Part shown: positions 7,599 to 17,379 of the stretch, in pieces
Layout: each line of letters opens with the position of its first letter
Numbering within the stretch: position 1 is the stretch's first letter
Assembly (NCBI RefSeq): GCF_021028995.1
Contig: NZ_JAJJZG010000002.1
Coordinates: forward strand, 290,468 to 330,467
Source of the DNA: Halobacterium sp. KA-4
Lineage (GTDB): Archaea > Halobacteriota > Halobacteria > Halobacteriales > Halobacteriaceae
Direction of reading: 5' to 3'
DNA length: 40,000 nt
The notes under the pieces: generated by a model
Told to the model about the DNA's origin: nothing
What the model saw: only the letters and a program-made list of their open reading frames with translations
The model's database searches: none
Position numbers and translations under genes: made by a program

Positions 7599-8443
7599 AG
7601 GTCCGCGCGCTCGAAAACGTAGTAGCCGAGCGCGGGGACGACGACGAGCCACGCGAACATCGTCGCGAGCGCGGCCCACTTCGAGAGGTAGATGGGGGGA
7701 TTCTGCGGGAACAGCTGGGCAACGAGCGTGGACTGCCCGGGGAGGAACTGGAAGACGGCGTTCGTGAACGCCGAGGACGGCGGGACGCGGTTCAACAGGA
7801 GGTACCAGTCCGGAACCGAGCCGGCGCTCATGGGCCCGAAGGTGCCGTTCAGGAGGTAGTAGACACCGCTGACGACGGCGCCCCACGCGACCTCGAAGAC
7901 GACGAAGAACGCTGCGGCGACGATGGTGGCGCGCCCGGAGTCCTGTGTGGTCGCGGAGAGCCCGACGCCGATGGCGGTGTACAGCACCGCGAGCAGCACC
8001 GTGAGCGCCGAGAAGCCGAGGAACGCCAGCGCGTCGAAGCTGTCGTAGAGCGCGACCGTGACGACGGCCGCCACGACGAGCCCGACGACGACGGAGACGC
8101 CGAGGACTGCGCCACGACCGACGACTTTCCCGACGATGGCGTCGCGGCGGGTGTGGGGCAGCGACAGCAGGAACTTCGCGCTCCCGGACTCGACTTCGCC
8201 CGCGATGGCCTTGTGGGACATCACGAGCGCGGTCAGCGGGATGAGCAGCGTCACCGGGCTGAGCAGGAAGAAAATGAGGCCGATCGTCTCCAACTCCCCG
8301 CCGCCCTGCCCGCCGCTCTGGAGGAGCGTGTAGACGTACGCGACGCCGGCCATGAACAGCACGAACAGCGCGGTGAGCGCCCACAGCGCCTTCGAGCGCG
8401 CGGCGTCGTGGAAGTCCTTGCGCGCGATTGCCGGCCAGCTCAT
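7595..8443 (-). CDS. ABC-2 type transporter permease
   Basis: 282-aa six-TM-like protein. Its ATG overlaps the ATPase stop (ATGA at 8440-8443). Its N-terminus MSWPAIARKDF is paralogous to 9436..10218. Confidence 0.75.
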   Translation of the reverse strand: MSWPAIARKDFHDAARSKALWALTALFVLFMAGVAYVYTLLQSGGQGGGELETIGLIFFLLSPVTLLIPLTALVMSHKAIAGEVESGSAKFLLSLPHTRRDAIVGKVVGRGAVLGVSVVVGLVVAAVVTVALYDSFDALAFLGFSALTVLLAVLYTAIGVGLSATTQDSGRATIVAAAFFVVFEVAWGAVVSGVYYLLNGTFGPMSAGSVPDWYLLLNRVPPSSAFTNAVFQFLPGQSTLVAQLFPQNPPIYLSKWAALATMFAWLVVVPALGYYVFERADL

Positions 8444-9363
8444 GCCGACACCTCCTCGTCGCGGTCGTTCGTGTACGCCGCGAACACGTCGTCCAGCGAC
8501 GCTTCCCGGGTGGCGAAGTCGACGACCTCCCCGCCAGCGGCTTCGATGGCGTCGAGGATGTCGGTCTTGGACGCGTCGTCGGCGCTCACGGTGAGCACGT
8601 CGCGGTCGGTGTCCACGCTCGTGACGCCGGGGACGTCCTCGACGGCTTCGACGATGTCGGGTGTGAGTGCTTTGACGGTGACCGTCAGCGTCGCGCCCGT
8701 GCCGGCAGCCTCGCGGAGCCCGCGGATGGTGTCCTGGGCGACGAGTTCGCCTTGCTGGAGGATGCCGACGCGGTCACAGACGGCTTCGACCTGTTCGAGG
8801 ATGTGACTGGAGAAGAAGATGGTCGCGCCCCGAGCGGCCTCCTCGGTGATGATTTCGCGCATCTCGCGGGCGCCGTTCGGGTCCAGCCCCGTCGAAGGCT
8901 CGTCCAGAATGAGGAGGTCGGGGTCGCCGACGAGGGCGATAGCGAGCGCGAGCCGCTGCTGCATCCCCTTCGAGAAGCCGCCAGCCTTCCGGTCGGCGGC
9001 TTCCGGGATGCCGACGCGCTCCAGCAGGGCTTCGACGTCGTCGTCGGCGTCCTTCGACTCGATGGCGAATTCGAGGTGCTGGCGGGCGGTGAGGCGTTCG
9101 TAGACGTGGAACCCCTCGGGGAGGACGCCGATGCGCTGGCGGATGGCCAGCGACTCGTCGTGGGCGTCGTGACCGAGCACGGTCGCGGTGCCCGAGGTCG
9201 GGCGCACGAAATCCAGGAGGATGTCGATGGTGGTCGACTTCCCGGCGCCGTTCGGCCCGAGGAAGCCGTATATCTCCCCGGACTGGACCTGGAGGTCGAG
9301 GTCGTGGAGGGCGGTGACGTCACCGTATCGCTTGGTGACGCCAGCGAGTTCGATTGCTGCCAT
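8440..9363 (-). CDS. ABC transporter ATP-binding protein
   Basis: Walker A GPNGAGKSTT, signature-like FSKGMQQRLALA, Walker B LLILDEPSTGLD. Confidence 0.9.
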   Translation of the reverse strand: MAAIELAGVTKRYGDVTALHDLDLQVQSGEIYGFLGPNGAGKSTTIDILLDFVRPTSGTATVLGHDAHDESLAIRQRIGVLPEGFHVYERLTARQHLEFAIESKDADDDVEALLERVGIPEAADRKAGGFSKGMQQRLALAIALVGDPDLLILDEPSTGLDPNGAREMREIITEEAARGATIFFSSHILEQVEAVCDRVGILQQGELVAQDTIRGLREAAGTGATLTVTVKALTPDIVEAVEDVPGVTSVDTDRDVLTVSADDASKTDILDAIEAAGGEVVDFATREASLDDVFAAYTNDRDEEVSA

Positions 9364-9435
9364 GCGGTGGAAGTCTCGCCGACCGCCTAAATCGATTGGG
9401 GTGGTTTGCAGCGCGAGCGACCGCGCGCCGGCGTC

Positions 9436-10218
9436 TCAGAGTTCGATGCGGGCGAATCGGCGCGACGCGAGCGCGAACCCGACCAACGTCCAGGCCAGTA
9501 GCACGGCGACGCCGACGCCGTCGGGGACGGAGCCGGTCGTCGCGACCGGGTCGATGCCGACGACGGTGAGCGCGTTCACGTACGCGTACAGCGGGCTGGC
9601 GACGACGAGCGAGTCCGTGAGACCGAGACGCACCTGCACGCCGAACTGGCCGGCGAGGACGACCCGCACGAGGCTCAGCGCAATCGGCCAGAACAGCGCG
9701 AGCGCGAAGAAGCCGAAGGTGGTCGCGGCGGCGAGCGTCGTGGACGTCGAGCGTGCGGTGAACGCGAGCGTCGCGGCGACGAACGCGGCGGCCAGCAGCG
9801 CGGCGAGCGCGAGCACGGCGAGCACCCGGAGCGCCGGCACCGGCGCGCCGCGGAGCGCGTAGACGACGGTGGCGACGACGATTGCAGCGACGACGGCGAC
9901 GAGCGTCGTCGTGAGGCGGGCAGCGCCCGCGCCAGCGAGGAACGTCGAGCGCGAGTGTGGCAGCGAGAGCGTGAGTCGGACGCGACCGCTGGCGACGGCG
10001 CTCGGCACAGCTTCGTGGGTGAGCGTGCCGGCGGCCAGCGGCACGGCAAACATGAACAGGAGCGCGAGTGCGGTCGGGAGCGGGGTGACGCCGGCGCCGT
10101 TCGTGGCACCGTACGCGAGGACGGCCGCCAGCAGCGCGAAGAAGCCGCCGAACACCGCCAGCGAGTTGTCGGCGTGGAGGGCGCGGAGGTCGCGGCGCGC
10201 GACGACCGGCCACGTCAC
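9436..10218 (-). CDS. ABC-2-like membrane protein (second permease paralog)
   Basis: GTG start at 10218. Hydrophobic 260 aa. The N-terminus MTWPVVARRDL resembles that of 7595..8443. It lies 72 nt upstream of the ATPase gene on the same strand. Confidence 0.65.
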   Translation of the reverse strand: MTWPVVARRDLRALHADNSLAVFGGFFALLAAVLAYGATNGAGVTPLPTALALLFMFAVPLAAGTLTHEAVPSAVASGRVRLTLSLPHSRSTFLAGAGAARLTTTLVAVVAAIVVATVVYALRGAPVPALRVLAVLALAALLAAAFVAATLAFTARSTSTTLAAATTFGFFALALFWPIALSLVRVVLAGQFGVQVRLGLTDSLVVASPLYAYVNALTVVGIDPVATTGSVPDGVGVAVLLAWTLVGFALASRRFARIEL

Positions 10219-10305
10219 GCTACCACCACGGGGAGGGCTGACTGCATGGTCGGGCCGTCGCAGTGCGGCGGGAAGTGTCTTGCTCCCGACCGCAGCCGCT
10301 GCGAA

Positions 10306-10560
10306 CTACACGCGGTCGTCGGGGTCGTGGGAGTCCCGCATCCGGCTGGCTTCCTGGCCGTAGCGCTCGCGGTCCTCGGGGTCCTCGACGGGTTCGAGGT
10401 CGTCGACGTCGGCGTCGACGGCGGCGGTGGGGTCGCCGGCGTTCAGCGAGCGCTGCTTGCGGAGCACGCGGTCACCCTCTGGCGTCGCGTAGACGAGGTT
10501 GAGCAGCCCCTTGTCGGTGTACTCCCGGAAGACCAGCCAGACGCGCTCGGTTTCGGGCAT
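10306..10560 (-). CDS. Small acidic hypothetical protein (84 aa)
   Basis: Acidic composition consistent with a real haloarchaeal protein. Divergent from uvrC. No recognisable motif. Confidence 0.55.
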   Translation of the reverse strand: MPETERVWLVFREYTDKGLLNLVYATPEGDRVLRKQRSLNAGDPTAAVDADVDDLEPVEDPEDRERYGQEASRMRDSHDPDDRV

Positions 10561-10645
10561 AGGTGCGGGTTCGGCGGCATTCGGTTCAAGCCTGGCGGTT
10601 CGGCGACCGCGCAGTTGAAAGTCGCCGCGGCCGTACCTCGAAGCG

Positions 10646-12376
10646 ATGGACGCGGACGCGGTTCGGGAGCGCGCGAGCGACCTGCCGACGGAGCCCGGCG
10701 TCTACCAGTTCCTCGACGGCGACACCGTCCTCTACGTCGGGAAGGCGGTGGACATCCGGGACCGCGTGCGGTCGTACGCAGACCCGCGCAGCGAGCGCAT
10801 CGCGCGGATGGTCGAGCGCGCGGACGCCATCGACTTCGCGGTGACGGACACGGAGACGCAGGCGCTGCTGCTGGAAGCGAACCTCGTGAAGCGCCACCAG
10901 CCGCGGTACAACGTCCGCCTCAAAGACGACAAGTCCTACCCGCTCGTGCAATTCACGGACCACGCCGTCCCACGCATCGAGGTGACCCGCGACCCCGACG
11001 AGGGCGCGGCGGCGTACGGCCCGTACACGGACAAGGGCGACGTCGAGATTGTGGTGAAGGCGATTCGGGAGGTGTACGGGCTCCGCGGCTGCTCGGACCA
11101 CAAGTACCGGAACCGCGAGCGCCCCTGCCTCGACTACGAGATGGGGCTGTGTTCGGCGCCCTGCACGGGCGAAATCGGCGAGGCCGACTACGCGGCTGAC
11201 GTGGAGTCCGCCCGCAGATTCTTCGAGGGGGAGACGGGTGCGCTCGCGGACCCCCTCGAACGCGCGATGGAGCAGGCCGCGCAAGCGCAGAACTTCGAGC
11301 GCGCGGCGCACCTCCGAGACCGCCTGGACGCCGTCGAAGCGTTCCACGGCGGCGCGGGCGCGGCGGTCGCGGGCGGCGACGACGCGGCGACGACGGACGT
11401 GCTCGGCGTCGCTGTGGAGGGCGAGGATGCGACGGTCGCGCGCCTGCACGCCGAACGCGGGCAGCTCGTGGAGCGTGACCAGCACCACTTGGATGCACCA
11501 GAGAACGAGAGTCCGGCGGACGTGCTGGCGGCGTTCCTCGTGCAGTTCTACGCGGAACGCGACCTCCCGGACCGCCTGCTGTTGCCCGAGCGCCACGGCG
11601 ACGACGACGTGGCGGCGTGGCTCGACGAGGCGGGCGTCGAGGTCCGGGTGCCGGGCGCGGGCCGCGAGGCGACGCTCGTCGACCTGGCGCTGAAGAACGC
11701 CCACCGGCGCTCCGGCGAGCGGGACGAACTCGGCGCGCTCGCGGACGCGCTCGGCATCGACCGGCCGACCCGCATCGAGGGCTTCGACGTGAGCCACGCG
11801 CAGGGGAAGGCCGTGGTCGGCAGCGACGTCTGTTTCGTGGACGGGAGCGCCGAGAAGTCCGACTACCGCCGGAAGAAACTCGACGAGGAGAACGACGACT
11901 ACGCGAACATGTACCGGCTGCTCCGCTGGCGCGCCGACCGCGCGGTCGAAGAACGAGACGACCGCCCAGCCCCCGACCTGCTCCTCATCGATGGCGGCGA
12001 GGGGCAACTGGACGCGGCGCGCGAAGCGCTCGCGGACGCGGGCTGGGACGTGCCCGCGGTCGCGCTGGCGAAGGACGAGGAGGTCGTCATCACGGAGCGC
12101 CGGACGTACGACTGGGCCGACGGCGCACCCCAACTGCACGTCCTCCAGCGCGTGCGCGACGAAGCCCACCGGTTCGCGGTCGCCTACCATCAGACGATCC
12201 GGGACGACGTGGAGACGACACTCGACAACGTCGATGGCGTCGGCCCGGAACTCCGCAAGCGCCTGCTACGGCGGTTCGGGAGCGTCAAGGGCGTGCGCGA
12301 AGCCTCCGTCGAGGACTTGCGGGACGTGGAGGGCGTGGGCGAGGCAACTGCAGAAACTATCACGAGTCGACTCTGA
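10646..12376 (+). CDS. uvrC: Excinuclease ABC subunit C
   Basis: GIY-YIG N-terminus ([25 protein letters not shown]), UVR domain, C-terminal endonuclease and HhH region. Confidence 0.95.
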   Translation: MDADAVRERASDLPTEPGVYQFLDGDTVLYVGKAVDIRDRVRSYADPRSERIARMVERADAIDFAVTDTETQALLLEANLVKRHQPRYNVRLKDDKSYPLVQFTDHAVPRIEVTRDPDEGAAAYGPYTDKGDVEIVVKAIREVYGLRGCSDHKYRNRERPCLDYEMGLCSAPCTGEIGEADYAADVESARRFFEGETGALADPLERAMEQAAQAQNFERAAHLRDRLDAVEAFHGGAGAAVAGGDDAATTDVLGVAVEGEDATVARLHAERGQLVERDQHHLDAPENESPADVLAAFLVQFYAERDLPDRLLLPERHGDDDVAAWLDEAGVEVRVPGAGREATLVDLALKNAHRRSGERDELGALADALGIDRPTRIEGFDVSHAQGKAVVGSDVCFVDGSAEKSDYRRKKLDEENDDYANMYRLLRWRADRAVEERDDRPAPDLLLIDGGEGQLDAAREALADAGWDVPAVALAKDEEVVITERRTYDWADGAPQLHVLQRVRDEAHRFAVAYHQTIRDDVETTLDNVDGVGPELRKRLLRRFGSVKGVREASVEDLRDVEGVGEATAETITSRL

Positions 12377-12403
12377 GAGGGGAATCAGGGCGACGTCCGG
12401 CCG

Positions 12404-14470
12404 CTACCACTCGCCGGGTTCAGGCGCGACACCCGCGTCCTCGCCCTCGTCGCCCCCGGCGAGGTCGTACTCCTCGCGAACTTCGCGGATGCGGTCGCGG
12501 ATGTCCGCCGCGAGCTCGAATTCGAGGTTGCTGGCGGCCGCTTCCATGCGTTCTTCGAGGTCCTCGACGAGGATGGCGGCTTCCTGCTCGTCGCTCGGGC
12601 CGTCGCCGGCGACGTCGGACGTGTCGGTCTCCGCGCCGGGGAGATTCATGTCGCCGACCTCCTTGTCGATGGTCGTCGGCGTCGTGCCGTGCTCCTCGTT
12701 GAACTGGCGCTGGATGCGGCGGCGGCGCTGAGTCTCCTCGATGGCGTCCCGCATCGCGTCCGTGCGCTCGTCGGCATACAGCACGACCTCGCCGTTGACG
12801 TTCCGGGCGGCACGTCCCATCGTCTGGACGAGACTCGTCTCCGAACGCAGGAACCCCTCCTGGTCCGCGTCCAGAATCGCGACCAGCGAGACCTCCGGGA
12901 TGTCCAGGCCTTCGCGCAGGAGGTTGATACCGACGAGCACGTCGTACTCGCCGAGCCGGAGCCCGCGCACGAGCTCGTGGCGCTCGAGCGTGTCCGTCTC
13001 GTCGTGCATGTACTCAACGGCGACGCCCGCTTCTTCGAGGTACTCCGTGAGGTCCTCGGCCATGCGCTTGGTGAGCGTCGTCACGAGCACGCGCTCGTCG
13101 TTGGCGACGCGGTCGTCGATACGGTCCATCAGGTCCTCGACCTGGCCCGTGGCGTCGGCGATGTCGATTTCGGGGTCGACGAGGTGCGTCGGGCGAACAA
13201 TCTGCTCGACGACCTGGTCGGAGCGCTCGCGTTCGTAGTCGCCCGGCGTCGCGGAGACGTACAGCGTCTGGTCGGTCTTCTCCTCGAACTCCTCGAACGT
13301 CAGCGGGCGGTTGTCGTACGCCGTCGGGAGCCGGAAGCCGTTCTCTACCAAACTATCTTTCCGGGACTTGTCGCCCGCGTACTGGCCCTTGATTTGGGGG
13401 ACCGTGCGGTGGGACTCGTCGATGACGGTGAGGAAGTCGTCGGGGAAGTAGTCCAGGAGTGTGTATGGCGCGTCCCCGGGCTCGCGGTCCGAGAGGTACA
13501 CCGAGTAGTTCTCGATGCCCGAACAGTAGCCCGCCTCCGCCATCATCTCGAGGTCGAACGTGGTGCGCTCCTCGATACGCTGGGCGGCCACCATGTCGCC
13601 GTTGCGCTCGAAGTGCCGGACGCGCTCGTGCATGTCCGTCCGAATCTTCTCGATGGCTTCCTCCATCTCGTCCTCGGGGACCGAGTAGTGCTCCGCGGGG
13701 TGGAACAGGACCGCGGGCTCCTCGCTCTCGACGGTTCCCTCGAGGGGGTCGAGTTTCGCCATTCGGTCGACCTCCTCGCCCCAGAACTCCACGCGCACGG
13801 GGTAGCGACCGTACATCGGGAACACCTCGACGGTGTCCCCGCGGACGCGGAACGTGCCCTGCGTGAAGTCCACGTCGTTGCGCTCGTAGTTCAGGTCCAC
13901 GAGCCGCCCCAGCAGTTCGTCGCGCTCGATTTCCTGGCCGACTTCGAGGCGGAGGCTCATCTCCTCGTAGTTGCCCGGGTCACCCAGTCCGTAAATCGCG
14001 GAGACCGACGCCACGACGATGACATCGTCCCGGGTCAACAGCGAGCGCGTCGCAGAGTGACGCAGCCGGTCGATTTCATCGTTGATGGAGGCGTCCTTCT
14101 CGATGTACTTGTCCGTCTGCTCGACGTACGCCTCCGGCTGGTAGTAGTTGTAGTACGAGACGAAGTACTCGACGGCGTTGTCCGGGAAGAGGTTCCGCAG
14201 TTCCTCGTAGAGTTGGGCCGCGAGCGTCTTGTTGTGTGCGATGACCAGCGTCGGCTGCTGGAGCTCCTCGACCACCCACGAGACGGTGTTGGTCTTCCCG
14301 GAGCCCGTCACCCCGAGCAGCGTCTGTGCGTCGGCACCGTTCTCGAACCCCTCGACCAGCTGCTCGATGGCGTCGGACTGGTCGCCCGCGGGGTCGAACG
14401 GCGCGTCCACGCGGAACGGCACGTCGGCCTCCGGCCGGTCCGGCTGGAGGGGACCGCTGGCGTCGCTCAT
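12404..14470 (-). CDS. uvrB: Excinuclease ABC subunit B
   Basis: Helicase motif I GVTGSGKT, a DESH box, and the C-terminal UVR motif ([11 protein letters not shown]). Confidence 0.95.
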   Translation of the reverse strand: MSDASGPLQPDRPEADVPFRVDAPFDPAGDQSDAIEQLVEGFENGADAQTLLGVTGSGKTNTVSWVVEELQQPTLVIAHNKTLAAQLYEELRNLFPDNAVEYFVSYYNYYQPEAYVEQTDKYIEKDASINDEIDRLRHSATRSLLTRDDVIVVASVSAIYGLGDPGNYEEMSLRLEVGQEIERDELLGRLVDLNYERNDVDFTQGTFRVRGDTVEVFPMYGRYPVRVEFWGEEVDRMAKLDPLEGTVESEEPAVLFHPAEHYSVPEDEMEEAIEKIRTDMHERVRHFERNGDMVAAQRIEERTTFDLEMMAEAGYCSGIENYSVYLSDREPGDAPYTLLDYFPDDFLTVIDESHRTVPQIKGQYAGDKSRKDSLVENGFRLPTAYDNRPLTFEEFEEKTDQTLYVSATPGDYERERSDQVVEQIVRPTHLVDPEIDIADATGQVEDLMDRIDDRVANDERVLVTTLTKRMAEDLTEYLEEAGVAVEYMHDETDTLERHELVRGLRLGEYDVLVGINLLREGLDIPEVSLVAILDADQEGFLRSETSLVQTMGRAARNVNGEVVLYADERTDAMRDAIEETQRRRRIQRQFNEEHGTTPTTIDKEVGDMNLPGAETDTSDVAGDGPSDEQEAAILVEDLEERMEAAASNLEFELAADIRDRIREVREEYDLAGGDEGEDAGVAPEPGEW

Positions 14471-14604
14471 TATCTGATAGTAGGCGCGAGGACACTTCAG
14501 GGGCTCGCCACCGGCGGCGTGGGCGACCGCAGGGGGACCACGTTATCGCGAGCGGCGTGCGACCCGACAACAGACACTTGCCGGCGCCGGACGAACCGTC
14601 GACG

Positions 14605-15795
14605 ATGCCCTCCAGACGCGACGTGTTGAAGACCGGCGCGCTCGGTGCAGCAGGCCTGCTCGCTGGCGGCGCGGCGCGATACGGTGCGTGGTCGCCGGCG
14701 CCGCTGGACCCGCCCGAGGGGACGTGGCTACAGCCGCGGTACGACGATGGCAACACCGGCCACAATCCGGACGCGTCCCCACCAACTGGGGACCCAAGTC
14801 TCGCGTGGACCTACGACGTTGCCGGGGCCGTGAACGCGCTCGCCTCGGGCGTCGGCCACCTGTACGTCGGCACCGACCACGCCGTCTACGCGTTCGCGGA
14901 CGGCGACCAGCATCCGCGCTGGGACCGGGCCGCGAGCGGGTACCGAATCGCCGTCGGCCCGGACGTGGTCGTCGCGGTCGGCCGCGGGATGGTCGCCGCA
15001 TTCGCGGCGTCGAACGGCGCGCTGCGGTGGCGGCACGACGTCGAGAGCCGGGTCTACGGCGTGCTCGTCGACCAGCGGACGGCGTACGTCGGCGTCGACG
15101 ACCGGCTCGACGCGTACGCACTCGACTCCGGCCGTCGCCGATGGCGCGTGGAAACCGGCGCCGACACCTTCCCCGCGCTCGACGGGCGCCACCTGCTCGC
15201 CGGTGCGTCGAACCTCGCTGCGTACGAGCCACGAGGCGCGCTCCGGGGCGTCCTCGTGGACGCGCCGACACGCGCCTGGACGTCTCGCGACGTGTTCGGC
15301 CCGACGAGGCCGGTCGTCACCGGTAACCGCATCGTCGCGGGAGAGACCACCTGCTTCCAGACGGAGACCTGTGGCGTGAACGTGGTTTTGCCGGACGGCA
15401 CCCGCGAGCACTATGTCGAACTCGGGAACAGCGCGGGTAGCATTGCCAGCGACGGTGACCGCGCGTACGTCGTCTCCATCCAGTACGGGGACTCCGAGAA
15501 CGGCTACAACGTTCCGGACTCCTCAACGCTACACGGCATCGACGTCGACACCGCCGAGGAACGCTGGTCGTTCCAGCGACCCGGCTGGTTCTGTCCGCCG
15601 GTCGTCGCGAACGATACCGTCTACGTCGGCGAGGCTGGGAACGAACACGGCGACGGGAACGTGTACGCACTCGACGCGGAGACAGGCGAGACGCGCTGGA
15701 CGTACGGCGAACCCAACGGCGTGACCGTCCTCGCTGCGGTGCGGGATGCCCTCCTCGTCGGCACGGACGACGGCGGGGTCCTCGAACTCCAGTAG
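14605..15795 (+). CDS. Tat-signal PQQ-like beta-propeller repeat protein
   Basis: ATG at 14605. The twin-arginine signal MPSRRDVLKTGALGAAGLLAGG is followed by repeated W/Y-rich propeller blades (e.g. ...WRHD..., ...RWRVE..., ...RWSFQ..., ...RWTYG...). Confidence 0.75.
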   Translation: MPSRRDVLKTGALGAAGLLAGGAARYGAWSPAPLDPPEGTWLQPRYDDGNTGHNPDASPPTGDPSLAWTYDVAGAVNALASGVGHLYVGTDHAVYAFADGDQHPRWDRAASGYRIAVGPDVVVAVGRGMVAAFAASNGALRWRHDVESRVYGVLVDQRTAYVGVDDRLDAYALDSGRRRWRVETGADTFPALDGRHLLAGASNLAAYEPRGALRGVLVDAPTRAWTSRDVFGPTRPVVTGNRIVAGETTCFQTETCGVNVVLPDGTREHYVELGNSAGSIASDGDRAYVVSIQYGDSENGYNVPDSSTLHGIDVDTAEERWSFQRPGWFCPPVVANDTVYVGEAGNEHGDGNVYALDAETGETRWTYGEPNGVTVLAAVRDALLVGTDDGGVLELQ

Positions 15796-15837
15796 TCGGC
15801 CCCAACGCTTTCGCCGCGACCGGGCGAAGCCGCGAGC

Positions 15838-16137
15838 ATGAGCGACGACACCGGCAACGGCGAGCAACTGCTGTCCGCCGTGGAGTGCCTTCGAGACGCC
15901 GAGGAACTCGTCGAGGGTGGCGACATCGAGGATCAGTTGTACGCGGAGGCCGAGACGCTCGAAGAACTCGCGGCGCGGGACCGTGCGCCCGACCAGCGCC
16001 GGCTCTCGGGCCACCGCCACACGCTCCGGGAGTTCCACGGGCGCGTCGACGAAGACGCCCGCGACCTCGTCGCGAGCGCGCTCGACCACGTCGTCAGCGT
16101 CGAGGACGCCGTCGGCGAAGGGTCGGGACCCTGGTAG
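15838..16137 (+). CDS. Small acidic helical protein, tandem paralog 1
   Basis: 99 aa and acidic. Aligns with the next gene (QLYAEAETLEELAARDRAPDQRRL vs RLYDQSDALAELATADDGPDHGRL). Confidence 0.6.
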   Translation: MSDDTGNGEQLLSAVECLRDAEELVEGGDIEDQLYAEAETLEELAARDRAPDQRRLSGHRHTLREFHGRVDEDARDLVASALDHVVSVEDAVGEGSGPW

Positions 16138-16179
16138 CCACACCGCACCTATTTCCCGGACCCGGACGATATTCGACGC

Positions 16180-16455
16180 ATGGTACGCGAAGACCTGCGC
16201 GCGGCGAGCGACCACCTCCGAGCCGCCTCCGTCGCCGCCGACGACCCCGACCACGAGCAGCGCCTCTACGACCAGTCCGACGCGCTCGCGGAACTCGCGA
16301 CCGCCGACGACGGCCCCGACCACGGCCGCCTCGCCCGCATCACGCACGCGCTCGACGACCTCGCGGACGCGGTCGAAGACGAGGAAGCACGCGAGAGCAT
16401 CGCCGACGCCAAAGCCAGCGTCGAAGCCTATCGCGAGACCGTCGAGGGCGTCTAA
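16180..16455 (+). CDS. Small acidic helical protein, tandem paralog 2
   Basis: 91 aa and acidic, a paralog of 15838..16137. The stop TAA at 16453-16455 sits in the loop of GCGTC-TAA-GACGC. Confidence 0.6.
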   Translation: MVREDLRAASDHLRAASVAADDPDHEQRLYDQSDALAELATADDGPDHGRLARITHALDDLADAVEDEEARESIADAKASVEAYRETVEGV

Positions 16456-16648
16456 GACGCACTTTTGCTGTGAGAAGGCGCCGGAGGCGCCCTCTCTAGC
16501 AAGAACTTGCGGAAAAAGCACTCCTCGCTCCTGCCGCGCCCTGCGGGCGCGTTAGTCGGTCGTCGGCCTCGTGGCTTCGCCGCGAGTGAACCGCTCGCGC
16601 ATTCCGAGGCGCTATGCACCTCGCGGCGCTCGCGGATGCTCGTCAGCC
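16456..16648 (+). repeat. Stop-adjacent T-tract/hairpin intergenic repeat, copy A
   Basis: Core 16456-16526: CACTTTTGC, a long hairpin with apex GGCGCC-GGA-GGCGCC (16477-16491), then GCAAGAACTTGCGGAAAAAGCACTCCTC. The tail has further hairpins (GCGCCC-TGC-GGGCGC at 16536-16550) and blocks shared with copies B, D and E. Confidence 0.85.
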
Positions 16649-16704
16649 GTTATTTGACTCGGTTAGCCAGTAGATTTTCCGTGGTTCGCGGTGAATCCGG
16701 GTGT

Positions 16705-17106
16705 ATGGCACGAGGCAGCCCGTTCGACGAGTTGGAGCGACTGCTGGACAAGATGAACGACGCACGCGAGCGCGCTGGCGGCGGGCTCGCGGTCGACGTC
16801 GAGGATGAGGACGACCAGTTCGTTGTGACCGCTGACCTTCCGGGATTCGACAAGGAGGACATCGACGTGGAGGTCCACGACCGGACGCTCCGTCTCGAAG
16901 CCCGCCACGAGGAGGAGACCGAGGAGGAGGGCGAGGACAACTACGTTCGCCGGGAACGCAGCAAGCGCTCGCTCTCGCGGAGCGTCACACTCCCCGAGGA
17001 AGTCGACGAGGCGGGCGCGTCCGCATCCTTCGAGAACGGCGTGCTGACCGTGACGCTCCCGAAGGTCCATACAAGCGAGGAGTCGACGAGCGTCGACATC
17101 GAGTAG
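16705..17106 (+). CDS. hsp20: Hsp20/alpha-crystallin small heat-shock protein
   Basis: ATG at 16705. Alpha-crystallin domain (FVVTADLPGFDKEDIDVEV...FENGVLTVTLPK). TAGATTTT at 16671-16678 ends 27 nt before the ATG. Confidence 0.9.
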   Translation: MARGSPFDELERLLDKMNDARERAGGGLAVDVEDEDDQFVVTADLPGFDKEDIDVEVHDRTLRLEARHEEETEEEGEDNYVRRERSKRSLSRSVTLPEEVDEAGASASFENGVLTVTLPKVHTSEESTSVDIE

Positions 17107-17379
17107 CGTCGCGGGCGTCAACGAGTCCTTTTCAGAGGCCGCCCGTGATGCGGTCGGCAACACGTGTGACGGTGTGCTCGGCGTCGCCGCGGACCGGCGG
17201 CGAGCGCGTCACGGCGGTGTACGTGCCCGGCACCGGTGAACTCGCCCACGACCTCGCGAGAGACACCCGGGCGTCAAAGACGTTCTGCGTGGGCCGACAC
17301 CGGCAATCGAGTCCGGGAAGCGACAGGCCCCAGAGTCACGATGGGAGGGCTTTTGGCCCGGCAGAGTGTCACACCGGAT

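Noticed and set aside
16456-16526. Apparent peptide conservation on the antisense strand of the repeat cores (LFPQVLAREGAS in A, PQVLAREGAS in D, LSPQVFASEAR in E, LSPQGFGSEAR in B), preceded by an SD-like GGAGGAGTG.
   Set aside because: These frames have no stop of their own and run straight into the antisense of the neighbouring genes. The similarity is at nucleotide level and tracks the hairpin arms. Copy C does not keep the frame. I therefore treat the elements as non-coding.
17107-17350. GC-rich spacer of about 240 nt between hsp20 and the leuS promoter, sharing words with repeat tail E (GGCGTCGCCG, GAGCGCG, CGGACCG).
   Set aside because: Only short GC-rich words match and their order differs. 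No T-tract/hairpin core is present. In DNA of this composition such matches are not convincing. The region has no acidic ORF either.
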